Assembly (NCBI GenBank): GCA_964035545.1 | Contig: OZ037772.1 | Coordinates: 5,708,233-5,772,232, forward strand | Source: Bugula neritina | Lineage: Eukaryota > Animalia > Bryozoa | DNA length: 64,000 nucleotides | Direction: 5' to 3' | Shown: positions 1 to 15,090 of the stretch, piece by piece | How the letters are laid out: each line of letters begins with the position of its first letter | Position numbering within the stretch: the first letter of the stretch is position 1 | Program-made: the position numbers and the translations under genes | Notes under the pieces: generated by a model | What the model saw: the letters and a program-made list of their open reading frames with translations, nothing else | What the model was told of the DNA's origin: nothing | Database searches by the model: none

Positions 1-1083
1 CCAACATAGGAATACAAGTTTGGGTTTTATCTGACAGTTTATCCCCCTGTTCACACATTGCCGCACCGTACGCCGTAGCAGAACAAACAAAATGGCGTCA
101 CTGTTGCATTTTGTCAACAGGCAGTCACAGACGTCAAAGTACAATGCATGATGATGAGCTGTGACCAATCATAATAAAGCTAACTCTTGACTGTGGTAAA
201 TTGTACACCTTTGGATATTATTTACAAATTGTTCGCAACATTCTGATCAAAAGATGTTATATAAATGCTATTGACTAGATAAAAGCAATTACATAAAAAG
301 AATCTCTCTTTTAAGTATATTCGTTTTTAAAATAATTGTGCAAACTAATTTAAATAATGAATATTTAAGCGGTCCAAATAAGTTTTAAGTTTTTGGTTTG
401 CGAGCTTTTGTAATTAGGGAAAGCTAGATTTTTAAGCTGAGTTAATTTAAGCAAGCCGGATACAAAATTTTTAACCTTTCAAAACTTTTGAATTTGTTAA
501 ATTAACTAAAAAAACAAAGAAATTAAAATAAACTAGTGAAGATGTTTTTTCAATTTTAATACCAGATCAACTCTACCCAATGTGAGCCAGCCGTGCTTTT
601 TTTAATCCAGCACTGATTGATCAACGACGCAGCATATACCAGAGTACGATTCAGCCCGGATGTCACCAAAGATGGCGAATATTTGCTGTTACGGCGTACG
701 GTGCAGCTATGTGTGAACAGGGGGTATAACAATTAGCTTTTGAGCCAGCAGCACTAGCACTCGTGAAGTATAAGCAAAGTTAGTGAAGCGAGACTAACAA
801 GCGCTCAACTACAGTATATTGAGATACAAGTCAGGAGCGTATAACTTAGAAAGAATGTGGAAGGGAGACTGTGTTTTTCAACAAGCTATAACTTAAACAT
901 GAATTGGCTTTTGAAAAATTAAAAGAGTATATCGGAGAAGGTAAGTATCCTTATCTTTTCATATTTTTTTTATTCCGGTGACATTCAACCTGTTTGAGCT
1001 ATCAGTGGAATATTGTTCATATTGAACGTAAAGCACCTGGCATAGAGCCAGAAACTGAAAAACATGACCTTAAACTAACTTTG
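1..1083 (-). mobile_element. Non-autonomous CAC-terminated TIR DNA transposon, copy A (truncated by window start, interrupted by a MITE)
   Basis: 1-42 plus 725-1083 is the reverse complement of about 51722-52128 and ends in the terminal repeat ATGACCTTAAACTAACT(T)TG. Confidence 0.8.
43..724. mobile_element. MITE (682 bp) with ~39-bp TIRs and 3-bp TSD (TAT), possibly PIF/Harbinger-like
   Basis: Left end CCCCCTGTTCACACATTGCCGCACCGTACGCCGTAGCAG; right end reverse-complements to CCCCCTGTTCACACATAGCTGCACCGTACGCCGTAACAG. TAT at 40-42 and 725-727. The empty site (CAGTT-TAT-AAC) is seen on the minus strand of the homologous element near 52084-52095. Confidence 0.9.
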
Positions 1084-1135
1084 TGACTTCTCTACTTCAA
1101 AAACCTTGTTTTGTCATTCTTCTTTCAAGCAAATG

Positions 1136-2043
1136 CACAGTTAGTTTAAAGTCATGTTTTTTTTCAGTTTCTGGTTCTTTGCCAGAATAAATATGGCTAT
1201 AGCTGTAGCATTTCTTCAGATTTTGAAACATTATTCAACAGTAGGACAACATACATGCATACTAATTAGATACTGAACACTGGGCCAAACCTTAAATTGA
1301 TTTTATGGAATACAATGTACTTACAACAATCCTTTGTGAATTAGAGAAACTGAGAGTATACCTGCTGCACTATAGACAGACCTTAACTGACAAGACTGCA
1401 ATGTAAGGTGAGGTGATTTAGCTGAATTTAACTCTGCCAAACAAACAAAGAATTATTTCGTGCGGAGGTATTTTCAATAGATTGTAACAAAGTGAGAAGA
1501 TGCAGCTAAGTGCTATTGTAATATAGGGAACATTACATTAGCAGAAATCCAATGGATTGCCAATTTTCGTAAGAAGGTATTATGTTATTGTGATAGCGTG
1601 AAGAGCGGCAAACATACTGGGAATGTTATAATTAGTCACAGCGTAGCTAGAACCACCATATGCAGAATCTATAGATAATTGCAATACAACTTACATAATG
1701 GTGTATGATCTGACCACATCGTAAAGTGCATGAACAGAATTTAAAAAAACAAAATAAGTATCTTAGAGAAAATATATCAAGGAATGTCAAGTTTGAATTT
1801 TAGACTTCATAAAATGAATCCCCTGTGCTACAGCAGTGAAACATGGAGGTTGTACAATTTTATTTATAATTATTTTTGAAAAATTAAAAAAGTATATGAA
1901 AGAGGAATGCAAGAGCTATATTTTCCTGTATAATTTGTTAATGTGAGACAAAACTAAACCAGCTATCCCCAGGAAACCGTTTATATAGTATAACATAAAG
2001 CATTACCTGAATCTGTAAAGTAATGACCTTAAACTAACTAAAC
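1136..2043 (+). mobile_element. Internally deleted copy B of the same CAC-terminated TIR element
   Basis: Starts TG|CACAGTTAGTTTAAAGTCAT; about 50 bp of left end is fused to sequence homologous to ~53417-54280; ends ATGACCTTAAACTAACT with a degenerate tip. Confidence 0.8.
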
Positions 2044-2249
2044 TTAACTAACTGCCTTTCTCCAAATTTCCCACTTGTTTATTTCTTTCCTGCAGACATA
2101 GTATGTCAATACTTTGCCCCACCATCAGATCGGCAATCTCTCGAGTCTGATTTTCAGTAGCTTCGATCACATACTTCTCACATGATCAGCAAGGCAATGT
2201 CACCTCTGTGCATCACTTAACACCGGGGATGCCCTAGCATGGTCTGATA

Positions 2250-2390
2250 TATGTTGGTTTTTAAGCATATTGGTTTGTTGCTGTGGTGTTTTACGGACCG
2301 GATGCTCTTTCTATCACCGAACCCTCTGTCTTTATCCGGGCTTAAGACCGGCTGAGTTTTACACTGGCTTGCGCACTCCTCAGGCTATTT
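2250..2390 (-). repeat. Dispersed SINE-like repeat fragment
   Basis: TTTTACGGACCGGATGCTCTTTCTATCACCGAACCCTCTGT resembles ~36845-36900 (TTTTAAGGCCAAATGCTCTTCCTGACATCAAGCCCTCTGT). Confidence 0.45.
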
Positions 2391-2434
2391 GGACGTATAT
2401 TATATACACATAAATGTCAATGTTTTTATCATAG

Positions 2435-3256
2435 AAGAGAAAAGAGATGCAGAAGTTGATCTGACCAATGAAAGAACTGCAAGTATAACTCCTGAACAAG
2501 GACTAGTTCTCTCACCTTCACCACCCAAGCCTATAAAACTGATAAACTCCGTTGAAGTTTCTACACACTGCTGGTCTGTTCACACCTATGGAGGTATCAC
2601 GTATGCTGGGTGTTATGGAGGTGTAGACAGGATAGATCATGAGAACAAAAACGTAACTAAATTGTTCATCTCTCTAAAGGAGAGTCATGTGGCGAGTATT
2701 ACAGTACATAATGATAGGATATATACTTTGTCTTCTGATTCAACTGTAAGAGTTTATAATTTGAAAGGGAAGTCTATCACAAGCTGGACTCATAAAGCCA
2801 AATCAAAGTGGGTAAATCAGCTTGTCATCGATAATAATCAGATAGCTATTCTTGACACGCTAAAAAAACATCTGGTTTTCTACTCTTTGAATGGGAAAGT
2901 AGTGAAAGGTTTTCCCTGCTCTCTACTTACTGATACTGCTGTACATCTGTCTGCTGCAGATAACAACTCAATTATTATATCTCAGTATCACTCATCTCTA
3001 GTATACAAAGTAGACACCTCATCAGGTGACATTATCTGGCAGTGTAAAGAAGTGGATAAACCTCAGGGAGTGACTTGCTATAGAGATGAGTTTGTACTTG
3101 TGGCTGATTCTAGTAAACCTATCACAGTCTGTGTACTGTCATTACATGCAGGTTAGGTTATGTGTAGAATAAGTGTAAAATATATCCACATTACAAGTTT
3201 ATTTGCATTTATTAACATTACCTTTTCACAACTTTATTATTTTATAATCTACACAA

Positions 3257-3341
<85 letters not shown>

Positions 3342-3493
3342 ATGTATATATTTGTATCATCTCTCCAGGGAGGTTACTAACCAGGATATCCACTGAATAC
3401 AGCGCCATACCTGATCTACATATCACTGGCTCTATTCTGGTAGTGCCAAATCACTCTCGTATTGGACGTGTTGGGTTCTATCAGTTGAAGTAG
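2435..3493 (+). CDS. 3' exons of an NHL-repeat/six-bladed beta-propeller protein (TRIM-NHL-like C-terminus); 5' exons not found in window
   Basis: Exon 2435-3151 (atag| acceptor, GCAG|gttagg donor) and exon 3369-3493 (ccag|GG AGG TTA ... GFYQLK TAG), joined in phase 1. Repeated blades such as VRVYNLKGK, LVFYSLNGK, VDKPQGVTCYRDEFVLVAD. Confidence 0.75.
3259..3342. repeat. (TA)n/(TG)n microsatellite in intron
   Basis: Directly visible. Confidence 0.95.
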
Positions 3494-5738
3494 AAATGAA
3501 ATATTACACTAGGATACTTCGATAATGATCAGTAAGGGCTATGGGCTATTCTCTTCGCAATTATGATATTGCATTGTGATGTATTCATAGTGTATCGCAT
3601 TATATACTTCACTGCATTGTACTGTATAATATACTGCATTTATATTTTGTTGTGTTGTATTGTAATAGAGTTCATTCTTCTTCAATATAGTTAATTGAAG
3701 CTTCTTCTCCAACCCTAGTATTATCTCTCATGCTCAGTTTAAAATTTTACAGATATTATTCCCCTTAATGGGACTACTGTGCTAATACATATATACACCA
3801 TGAAATCATCCTCCCCTATCCCACTTCATATCTGTTCTGATATACTTACTCATCTAATTAATTTCTAGAATTGTCTTTCATTTAATTTTAATTTTACGGT
3901 TTCTTCACCAAAAGGAAATGTAAGTGTGGTCAGATACCCCCTCCATATATGTTAGCAGAGACCTTTTGTCATAGATTGACTGAATCATTATGTATTCTTT
4001 TAAGTGTCTCTATCCACCACATCAGCTGTTGATTTATACATTTCATTGTGTCCACTGCATATGATTGTAGTTTGTATTTTACTATATTTTGTAGAACATG
4101 TCATGTTGAGTCATACATAAGGAGTTACCTATACTCTATATTCAACTATCACATCAAAAGAAAAGATTAAGCCAAAATTCTGTCTGGCTGCATCAGTCAA
4201 GAAATTCCAGTGTCTTTGATAAACTTGTATCAGGCATCACATTTTGTCGCCAATTTTTTTAAGTAACTCTACAACTTCAAATTGAGTTCCATACACCAAT
4301 AAAAGTCAAGCTAACACATGATATATTATTTACCTAAGACCATGTTTTTATAATTACCTAATTTTATCATTTTACATAAACTTATATATTTACTAGTAAA
4401 CATTGTACAGAGCACGGGTATACAAGTATTTAGAGTTATAGACTGTGATGTATTTTGTTATAACTGACAGAGCTACTGAAGCAGTTAGAAGGAACTATAT
4501 TTAGTCTGAGTAGTTATAGAAATATTAGAAGACATGTTCTGTCTTACATAATAGTCAACACTATTACATGCCACATCTGCTAGAATATTCATGTGCTTTC
4601 ACTCAACATATACAAGCAACAGTTATAGTCACATGCTAGTAATACTAAACTAAAGTAGAAATAATAAATATATTTGATTGAACTGTACTATACTGTGTTT
4701 CCATTATCGCATTATGCGAATGGATTTTCTTATTCGCCATATTATATGGAACCAGCTGCATCGAAGCAAAACCGCAGCCAAAATTCAACCGAACGGCTCC
4801 TTCAATGAAAAATTTATTTTGCGTTATGCGCATGATGGAAATGTTTCCTTCGGTTAAATCGAATGAAAACCTTTTGTGCCGAAGGCAGAGATCAGCATTT
4901 ATGGCAGCTAGTTACGCGATGCAAACAATAATTTTAAGTTACAACCTAGGCTAAAGTGTAGGTAGGCTACTTCGGTTCATAAAAATTTGAATTATTTTAT
5001 TCATCACAGGATAGTTAAGGGCATCCTCACTAAGAATATCATAAATTTCTCTCGAAATGTAGTTTAGGTTATTGAATAATATGGCTCTGTGGGTGGCATG
5101 CGTGTACAGGCAATTGTTTAGCCTAAGATCAAACTACAACCAATAAGCAGCAACCTTTATTAGGGCTGCGTAGTCTATCAACATTCCATTATGGGCGCTA
5201 AATAAACAAGGTACAAAGCAAGCTATTCATTATAGCCTGCCAGCTAGCAAGCCTGTAATTATTATGTACGCGCCAATATCTTCTCATCCCTACGTGCTCA
5301 TTGAAGCATGAAGTACTGCGCGCTGCTAATTTTCTATGAGAAAATATAGCATTTTCAGTGTATAAATCACCAATTTATGGGCAATCTAGAAGAGTTATTG
5401 GAAAAAGAAAAAATTTACACTGGATAAATATCTCAGGATTCCAGCAGTGCAATTTTTATTCAGATATCATGTTTTCCTGCTGAGATATTTTACTGGTACT
5501 GAAAAGTCAGCTTTTCAGGCAAAATTGGCCAACATTGGGCAGTTTTTTGTCTATAACTTTGCAAAAAAAATGAAAATTGAAATTTCCAAAAAAGTTACAC
5601 TGGGGAAAAACAAGATCTACAACATAGTTTTTAAATTTTGACTCTAGTATAATTAGGTGAGATTTTATTTTACTGGTACTGAATTCTTATATGATTACAA
5701 TGCAAACCTCAGCAAGGCAGTTGCAGCTAAAAGGTTGC

Positions 5739-7349
5739 CCTTAACTATCCTGTGTGATCTGTTCCAAATTTTGCCACCATGGACAAAGTAATTCATTAAG
5801 AGATCAACTTGTATCCATGGAGACATTGCTTTCCCAGTGTGGGCAAGGCTACCCAACTCAGAAATTCCATGTTGTGATGGCAAATATTGTCCATCAATGG
5901 CATGATCAGCAAAGTAACTCCCATGTGTTGTGGATAACTCAGCTAACTTTCCTGCAACAAAATATTACATCATGACCGAACACTTTCCTGTAAGTTAAAA
6001 ACATTTTGATTAAGATTTAAAAAGAAAACCACTACAGCTAATTAAAATTCGTAGCCTAAAAAATTTGCTAATTAAATGTGGACGATTGCTTATGCAAGCT
6101 AAAATATTGTGATGAATCGTAGAAGTTCTCATCACTATGTTTTGAGAAGTTCTATAAATAAGTAACTATTTGCGTTATTAATAATTCACTCTGGGCATAG
6201 CTTTCTGAATGTCTCAAATGTTATTATAGTTAACCTCTTGGTGTAAGGAATTGTTCTTTTTTGTGTACTGTAAACGAAGATATCTATTTGAAGTCGCACA
6301 TGTTTGGAGTGTCGGGGACTCCGATATTGCAAACATGTCTGATCTCTAGCCGAAGGTTGGTAGAATCTTCTGAAATGAATGTTTTTCAAAAAACATAATG
6401 AGGCCAGCTCAGAGTGTAGAGTCAGTCTATACATCTGGTGCTGGCCGGATAAATACCATATCGATATTCTACTTTTTACAATGAAGCTATTCTTCTGCAC
6501 TTCAACCCACCCTTTTTTCTCCAATGCAGACAAAAGATTATGTTCTCCACTTAGTTGTTCCAAATCCGTAAAATTACTACACCAATATACTAAAGCCATA
6601 ATCATGCTTGTGTAACTGCAAGTCTCTAGTATTGCAAGTGACAGAAAAAATAGTTAAGCCTTTTGCTCAGCTCGCTATTTTTTGTTCAGTGGGTGATGAA
6701 TTTTTTTCAAAATGCCATAGTAATTTATTGTAGAAGGCAATTATAATTTTCTATATGTGAGAATACAAGATATTTATACCTTTTGTGAGCGACGTTGAGA
6801 ATGCATAAGTCTGGATGTCTTTAGAGTGAGTCTGTTTGACAGATGTCGATTTCTCAGAGTCAGTTGATTTGTCAATCACACTCGGGTTTCTGACATCTTG
6901 CAGGTGCTTGTAACTCTATCATATGACACAGCAGCACATGATTGGTCAATTGCACAAACAGCCAGACAATGTCGGTGTGTGGGAAGGTATTTCATGTTGT
7001 GTGTTTCTAGTATGGACAAGTAGTTTTGGTTGGTGTACACGTCTATTGCTACAACAGACATAACTCATAATATTCAGTCTGTACACTCCCCCTAAAACTA
7101 TTATATGTTTGAACTAAAAATAATTTCAATTTACTGCCTTATAATTTTTAAATCCTTTATACATATAATCTAACCTAATATAGTTCTTGTTACAATGACG
7201 ATAAATTTTTGAAGAACCTACAATTTATCGATATTGTTTTTGACAAAAGGTTGACAATACATAATAAATGACAAAAACTTACAGCATAGACAGTAGGCCT
7301 GAACAACTGCAATAAGTAAAACCAGAAGTACTTTAATCCAAACTTCCAT
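5739..7349 (-). pseudogene. PAN/apple + F-type lectin paralog, copy 1 (disrupted)
   Basis: Exon 1 7349-7283 (MEVWIKVLLVLLIAVVQAYCLC); exon 2 7048-6780 (PAN core CLAVCAIDQSCAAVSYDRVTSTC) with a 1-nt deletion near 6885 giving a stop; exon 3 5951-5739 (AIDG...AHT...PWIQVDL...WNR) followed by GC where paralogs have GT; no exon 4 recognisable. Confidence 0.8.
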
Positions 7350-7636
7350 CTCATAGGTCTAGTAATAACATGTCAAAGTACAGCTGCTGACTATAGAACA
7401 TAAAACAGCTGCTAGTTGGCTCAACAGTTTTATTATTAATGTATTATACAGATTATGCAGTTGTCAAATGTTCCTTGAAAATCAATTTTCTAAAAATCAG
7501 ATGGGGTTTTAGTAAAACAAAAAAACCATTGTTTACATTTATTCCCTCCTGTGCATTTGACAACTGTGAGTTTGGTTTATAAACTGATGAAAAATACTAT
7601 GCTTTAAAACAAAACATAACTGTTTTCTGAGAAAGC

Positions 7637-8413
<777 letters not shown>

Positions 8414-8939
8414 ATTGAATAATTAGCTCTTTGACTGAAATTTTCATGAGCACCATTGAAAACATTTATTAGTAAGCTTATTAGTGTCCGGAGATTAGAT
8501 CATATTTAGGCTTTTTATAACTTCAAGTACCAGTGCTCAAGCATTTGAAGTAAGCATCTTTTGCGACAAGAAAGATAAAAATTGGCTGTTGAGAAAATCG
8601 TGTTGAAATAAATTATTATATCGTCAGTTTTTGGATTTTCCAATTTATATGGAAGAAGGAATTTCAAAGTTGAGCGACTCACTTGATCATGCATTCGATT
8701 CTATGGCTTTGCACTCATTACTCTCACTACTATCATGGTTGGGTTGGGTGTAATTTACTTGTGTATATGTAATAAATATAATAAACAACATATTACTCAT
8801 AAGCAGTTTGCTCTCCAATAATCAGACAAGTATAATACTGTTACCACATTGAAAATCACATGTCTTTTAACAAAAGAATTATAATCAAGAATATTATGTA
8901 ACTGCTTTGCAGAAACTAGATATTTTATGTCAGTGAATT

Positions 8940-9200
8940 AACTATGCCATCATACTATAATATGCTATATATACAACATATGCTTCACTAGGCTGTAGTG
9001 CTTTGGGCCAATTCAAACCGTGCTATGCTAACCTAAGCCGTGATACACTATGCTATGCATTACAATAAAATATATACTTTACATCAGGCTATATTCTGAA
9101 CTCTACTACACCGCACCAATTGCACAACACTACATTACAGTATACACCATACTATGTACACTGCACAACACCACGCCATACAATACTACTTTAAACGCAG
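8940..9200. repeat. Degenerate pentamer (TATAC/TATGC/CACTA) repeat
   Basis: 5-bp periodicity; similar tracts at ~3560-3670, 29960-30330 and 37440-37570. Confidence 0.6.
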
Positions 9201-12200
9201 TATATATTTTCCTAGAATGTTGTTTAGAGACATAAAAAAACTGCCTATGCACAACATACTTTGCATCTGTTTAGTATCTCGTAATTAGACATAAAAAAAG
9301 TCAAAGCCAATTATAAGGCAAAAGACCATAATACTGTACTATCATTGGATAGTTCTTCATCAATAAACAGGTAGTCGCCAGTGGTGGATATGAACCCCTC
9401 CTAGATGTTTCTCGTACTTCTTCCTCAAAAAACATTTTCATTCAGCCAAAAAGAAATAATAATACGCTTTTTTAGTTGACACTTTTTAATTTCTGACTGA
9501 TATTTCACCTTATTTCCAATTATAATTAACTTTTAACCGGCACTTTTCTTTGTAGTAATTCCTACCCTTTAGACTGTGTACTTTGAAATGAGTCTGTTTT
9601 ACTCGTTACATAAAGTATAGTTGCACTGGCTACAGGTTGACACAAAAGCAAGCCTATCTTGATAAAATCATGCGCAAATGTAGAAACTACCGAGGAGTTT
9701 GTTCCTCATAATTAGAAATTGACAAATTATTTTTAATCCGTTTAAAAGCATCTGGTTAGGGAAGCATATGCCGTGTTCAATTTGTTATTCTAGCATTAAC
9801 AATAACAGAATGCAATAATTATAAGTTTATGAAAGTAATTTGTTTTCTTTCTAATTACAAATATAATATTTTAGTATATATTGTAAATTTATAAGGCTTG
9901 CATTAGGAATAACGCAGCTAAAACATCATTTTCCTTAAAGTCTTAAAAATATATAAGTATAACATAATACGCTATGCCAATAAACCTATTAAAGTACCAA
10001 ACAAGCTTAGCTAGTTTAAGAAAAATTACACTAGGTAAATTACCATTATTTATAGAATGCTTGCTGATATTAGCTTTTGATGTAATTAAAGTTAATTATT
10101 ATTTATCTTTCTAGCTAAGGATTTCTTGCCGTAAGTTTTGCTTTTATGCATGGAGAAATGTCGTAACAAACGAGTTAAATTTTTATAGCACATAAAAATG
10201 TAATCTATAAGTCGAAGATATTTAAACTTAGCCATTAACTCATTTTAATTAGCAATGTTATAGCCTAAATCTAATACAATACAAAATATATACCAGTATA
10301 TATAATATATTTTTACCATATGCTGTTAATTACAGTATTTGTAAAACAAATTTTATGCTCATTAATTAAATGCAACAAATATTTATAAAATACTAATAAT
10401 GTTGAATAAATAAATTCAATAATTCCTTTTCTATTTAAATGGCTGCATAATTTCTTGCAAGGTTGTATAAAGGAGTTGTGGCTCACAACTTATTATGTGT
10501 TCAATTGCCACATATGTCTTAGGAAGAAGAAAACTCCCCAAAAATTCTTAGTTTGAAAATTCTAGTATAATTAAAATCACTTAATATATGTCTTTGAAAT
10601 GCATTTTGCCACTCTGCAAAGTTGCAGGAACAAATATTGCATGAAGTAATAAATGATTTATGAAGTAATTAACAAACCAATGTAAAAACTGTTGTTGTAT
10701 ATAGAACACAACATATTGATTTTCTTCAATTTCCACATCAAATCTATATATATTCAATTATATCTAACCAATGCTAATAAACTAAACATGCATGCATACA
10801 AATATTTGCATCATATACAAGTAATATTAGCTAATTAGCAACTATAGCATTTTTTTCATTATCTTTATTGCTTGCATACGTCTAGGTATTATTAAAATAA
10901 GGTTTTTATTTGCAACTTTGCACCACAAATTACATAAAATCTAAAAACTTGAGTTGTGACATAGGGCTACCTATACACAAATAGACCTTCATAAAACTCT
11001 CAATGATTTTATTCAACTCATGTATGCAAAAGTTTTGCTTTAAAACAATTCTTCTAAACCACCCTAGAGCAGGGAATTATTACAAAAACAGCTTCTCATA
11101 TATAATCTTTCCCCAGATTAATTTTTTTTCCTGTATTTAAACTAACTTAGCAAGTGAAGATTGTGATATCACTCAGGTAATCACATATATATTATTCATA
11201 GCTGTAATACTTTAGCAATGAATAGATCATATTTAATTTCCACTCTACCTAGCATTTTTTCAGAATTATAGAGCTATGTATATCGTGAAATTAGAATAGC
11301 CTAATAGTTTTACATGTGTTTATAGCTAGACAAATTAACTTAAAAAGCTTACAATAGTTAGATGGTATTTGCATTCTTTTGAAGGTTATGGTGAAGCTAC
11401 TGCAAAACTGGCCATTAGTTTAGCATAATATGCAATGCCATGCAAAAGCATGCCAAACAAGCAATGTTTATTTACCTTACCAGTGCAATTTTATCACCTT
11501 AAACACAAAAGCAAGTATAAAACACACATCCATATTAGATTAACTGTCAAGTTAAAAAAAGGCAACATATATTCATGAGCTGGTTCTGTTTGCACAAGTA
11601 CAATTTAGACCAGCTTATTATTTAGATTGCCACAAAAATATGACATAAAATATGTCTTTAATCATTATTTTGATATTCACTGGTTGAAGATATTTTTTAT
11701 ATCCTAATATGTAAATATTGTACATAAATCTTATCTACATCTCTTTTTAATGCCAGTTACTTGTTAGCTTCAGTACAAACAGCTAAACATTCTACTCTAC
11801 AGCCAATCTTACTGTTAACTCTTGTTTAACAGTATTACAAGAATCTAAAAATTTGAGTGTGTTTTAAGTATAATATTCTATCATTATAACTTTTAAATAA
11901 AACAATAATATGATAAATGCATTATAACTTTCTGAAAAGTTTGTTTGCAAAGTATATGTTTTTGGAAAATAGTTTTACAACATTTGCTAGGAGCATTATA
12001 TTTATTCCTATCTAAAATAATTTTGTTTGAACTGATATGTTTGTAATCATGTAATCAGAAGTAAAGCATCAGTAAAATGAGTATAAGTAGAAGCTTGACA
12101 GCTACATTAGGCATTGCTACATAGTACATAAATATATGGCCATATTAAATACTTAGCTGCATTCACAGATAAATGCATGGCTTGGAATTACAATACCATG

Positions 12201-14794
12201 AATACATTATTTATTTAGCTGGGTAACTATACAATTATGCCAAAGTGAAAAGCCTTTGGTTATTAAAGGATTGCTCTATCTTGTCTAATAAATGGCCATT
12301 TAGGTCAAACACACATAATATTGTGTTTTTCTAAGCATGCATTGACAAAAAGCATTTGACCAAAGGTAGAAAAAGTTAGTTGAAGTTGAGGGTGTAGATT
12401 GGTAACAGCCAAAACGCCGATTTTGAAATGAGCTGGGAACTGTGACGTAACAGCGCCAGCATTCCTGCTGGTCACGTGACTATACAAATGAATAACTATT
12501 ATAGAAATATGACTGTGAGATGTAATCTTTCAGCTCGTAATTTGTATATTTATAGAAGTGCAAATGTGAATTCTCTTAATCTATAGTTTTTTGACATTTT
12601 AAATAACATGTATGTAATAACATTAGGCTATATTTTGCTTGTAACCATTAGAAAAAAGCATTGCAAAAGCATGCATTCTTTAGGATGAATGCCTGCGATC
12701 GATCTAAACTAGGTCAGATTGTGCAATATTACGGGCGCACCAAAGTTGACCTATATAGCGCACTGTAACTGCTTGAGCGTTATTGGTTGATATTGTGCTC
12801 AGCAACCTTGAATACTAGCGTTATAGTTAGCACGTGCAGCATAGTTACTGGCGTTCACACGTCACGTATTAGGCTATTCTTTTTCATGGCTGAAAATTTT
12901 ACCTCCCTCAAAATTGGAATTTTGAAAAGCTGTTTTCTAGGCACATATCCCTTTGCAAAGTCACAATTGTTTGCATACACATTAAATTATAGTTCATAAT
13001 TATAATGTGATTGTAATAAACTAAGATTGAGCAATCCTTTAATGCCTGAAATGTCTAACAATTTACTTGGGAGACCACCTTGTTGTTACAGAATGAATGA
13101 GTAATATTTGTTTGGCATTTGGATGATGGCACAAAGAAAGGCTATTTGGTTTGTTACTTGAGACTAGTAGCAAACTGCTACAGTCATAGCATCTTATTAG
13201 AAGATTTTGCATCACTTGCTAGAATTGTACATTATTTTAATGTAGGTATTGAAATTAATATCTCACTGAAAACACAGTATTGCAAAATCTTAAGCTGTAC
13301 ATAATTATATTATGCATCAAAAAGTACTTCTGCTATTCGACTATCCCAGGTTTATTTTAAACTAGCACTGCCAAAGTGCCTTGACTCTATTACAGTGTTT
13401 ACTAGCTAATTTTGTTCTTCTCAATAGTGAAATAGAACTATTGCAAGAAATTAATGACTAGATATAACAATAATGATTTTTAGGCAAGACTTTCGCATCT
13501 ATATTGCTCATCTGCTAGCTTGAAATACCCCTCTCCTTGGACTAATCTCAGGCTTTTCATTGTTGTTTAAACAGTTTTTAAACTCCTATTTCAATAAATC
13601 ATTACCAACACTGCCTGCATGTATTAATATTCATTAGTGCCATCAATGCACTGTGGAGAAAGCACCTGATGTTCTGTATATTACATTATAGTACAGAGAT
13701 ACTAAATCCAAAACATCTAAAATAATTGATGCTTCTACCAGATCTTTAGCACACCTATAATATGTATTCCTGTAGTAAATATTAATAAGATGTTTTATCT
13801 GATAGTTTTTATGCCATTATGATAGTTTGATACTATAACTACAACTTGAAACTCTTTAACCAGCACATTGGTTAGTAATATTGCTTCTTGATATTTAATT
13901 GCTGGTTCACAAACTATCAATAATAGGGATGCATATCAAAACTTGACTGCATTCATAATATGATTTCAATGCTAGGTAATGACTAAGCATGTCTGGTTGA
14001 TATGAGGTGACTATTTTGTACACTGTTTAACAACATCAGCTTTTTGGGTTCATTTAAAGCATCTGCAAATCTGTATTATACATAATTACTGTTAGGGCCA
14101 ATTAATTAAATTGTTAACCCTGAAATGCTTTTTACACTGTAATACTAAGTAGTAAAAGACATGTATATATATATAAACTGATTGTAATTTATACATAACA
14201 TTGTACATTTAAAAAAAATCACAAAATACATAATTTATTAGCTAAATTTCAAGGCATTTTGTAGGTAGTGGGTTAATGTCAATAAAGTAGAATCCGGGAA
14301 GTTGAGTAGCTTTATTCAAGAGGAAGGCTCTCCAACAGTTCTACCAAAGCCTAAATAACATGTATAAAATAAAGGTTATATGCACAATTTTTTTTCCAAA
14401 ACAGCCTGCAACGGTTTTGCTATTGCATATGCCCTATGCCATTCATCAAGTGGAACAATTTTAACCAGGATATCTAGAAAAGTTGACACAAGGGCTTTAT
14501 AAACTATGTAACAGTAAAACCGTGAGTAGAAATTAATTGACACTAATGAATAATGCTTTAGGTGCTGGCAACAACCATAAAAGAAAAGTTATATAACAAA
14601 CAAATAGAAAAAGCACTAAACAAATCAACAGCATTATATACAATTGGGGCACATACATGAAAACAGCAGCTAGTGTCATTTTCTTAAGACAGCACTATTT
14701 TAGGTGTAAATTTAAGAAGTATTAGAAAATGCAGAAATTTACTGCAATTGGTTCATTTTACTTAAGTTAGTACATACTGAAGATCTCAAGTTTT

Positions 14795-15090
14795 TGCCAA
14801 TGAACATGAGTTTTGGCCCGAAACTAAAAAAATATCAATAAATACACCTAAATAATCAAAGCTCTTTTTAATTTTCTTTGATTTCCTATGCTTTTTTCTA
14901 ATTACAGCAACTTCTGACTGGGGATCGCCACGGTTAGTTTGTAACAGTAGGCAATCCAAATGAAATGAATAAATAGGAAAAAACATGAGAAATCATACAA
15001 AATTAAGAAGAACCTTGATTATTTAGGTGTATTTCTTGATGTCTCACTAATTTTACGCAAAAAGCATTGTTCATTAGCAGCTAAATTGTA
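14795..15090. repeat. Foldback/palindromic repeat (MITE-like)
   Basis: Arms AATACACCTAAATAATCAA...CCTATGCTTTTTTCTAATT and AATAGGAAAAAACATGAG...TTGATTATTTAGGTGTATT are inverted; a related single arm lies at ~61345-61470. Confidence 0.65.

Noticed and set aside
4645-5660. CpG-richer segment downstream of copy 1 exon 3, possibly a transposon that displaced exon 4
   Set aside because: Could not find TIRs or a TSD by eye.
6186-6615. 139-aa and 78-aa overlapping ORFs in intron 2 of lectin copy 1
   Set aside because: No recognisable motif or splice support; possibly a decayed repeat.
12471-12480. Palindromic GTCACGTGAC E-box with nearby CRE-like TGACGTAA
   Set aside because: No gene start nearby; a single motif in repeat-like sequence is not evidence of regulation.
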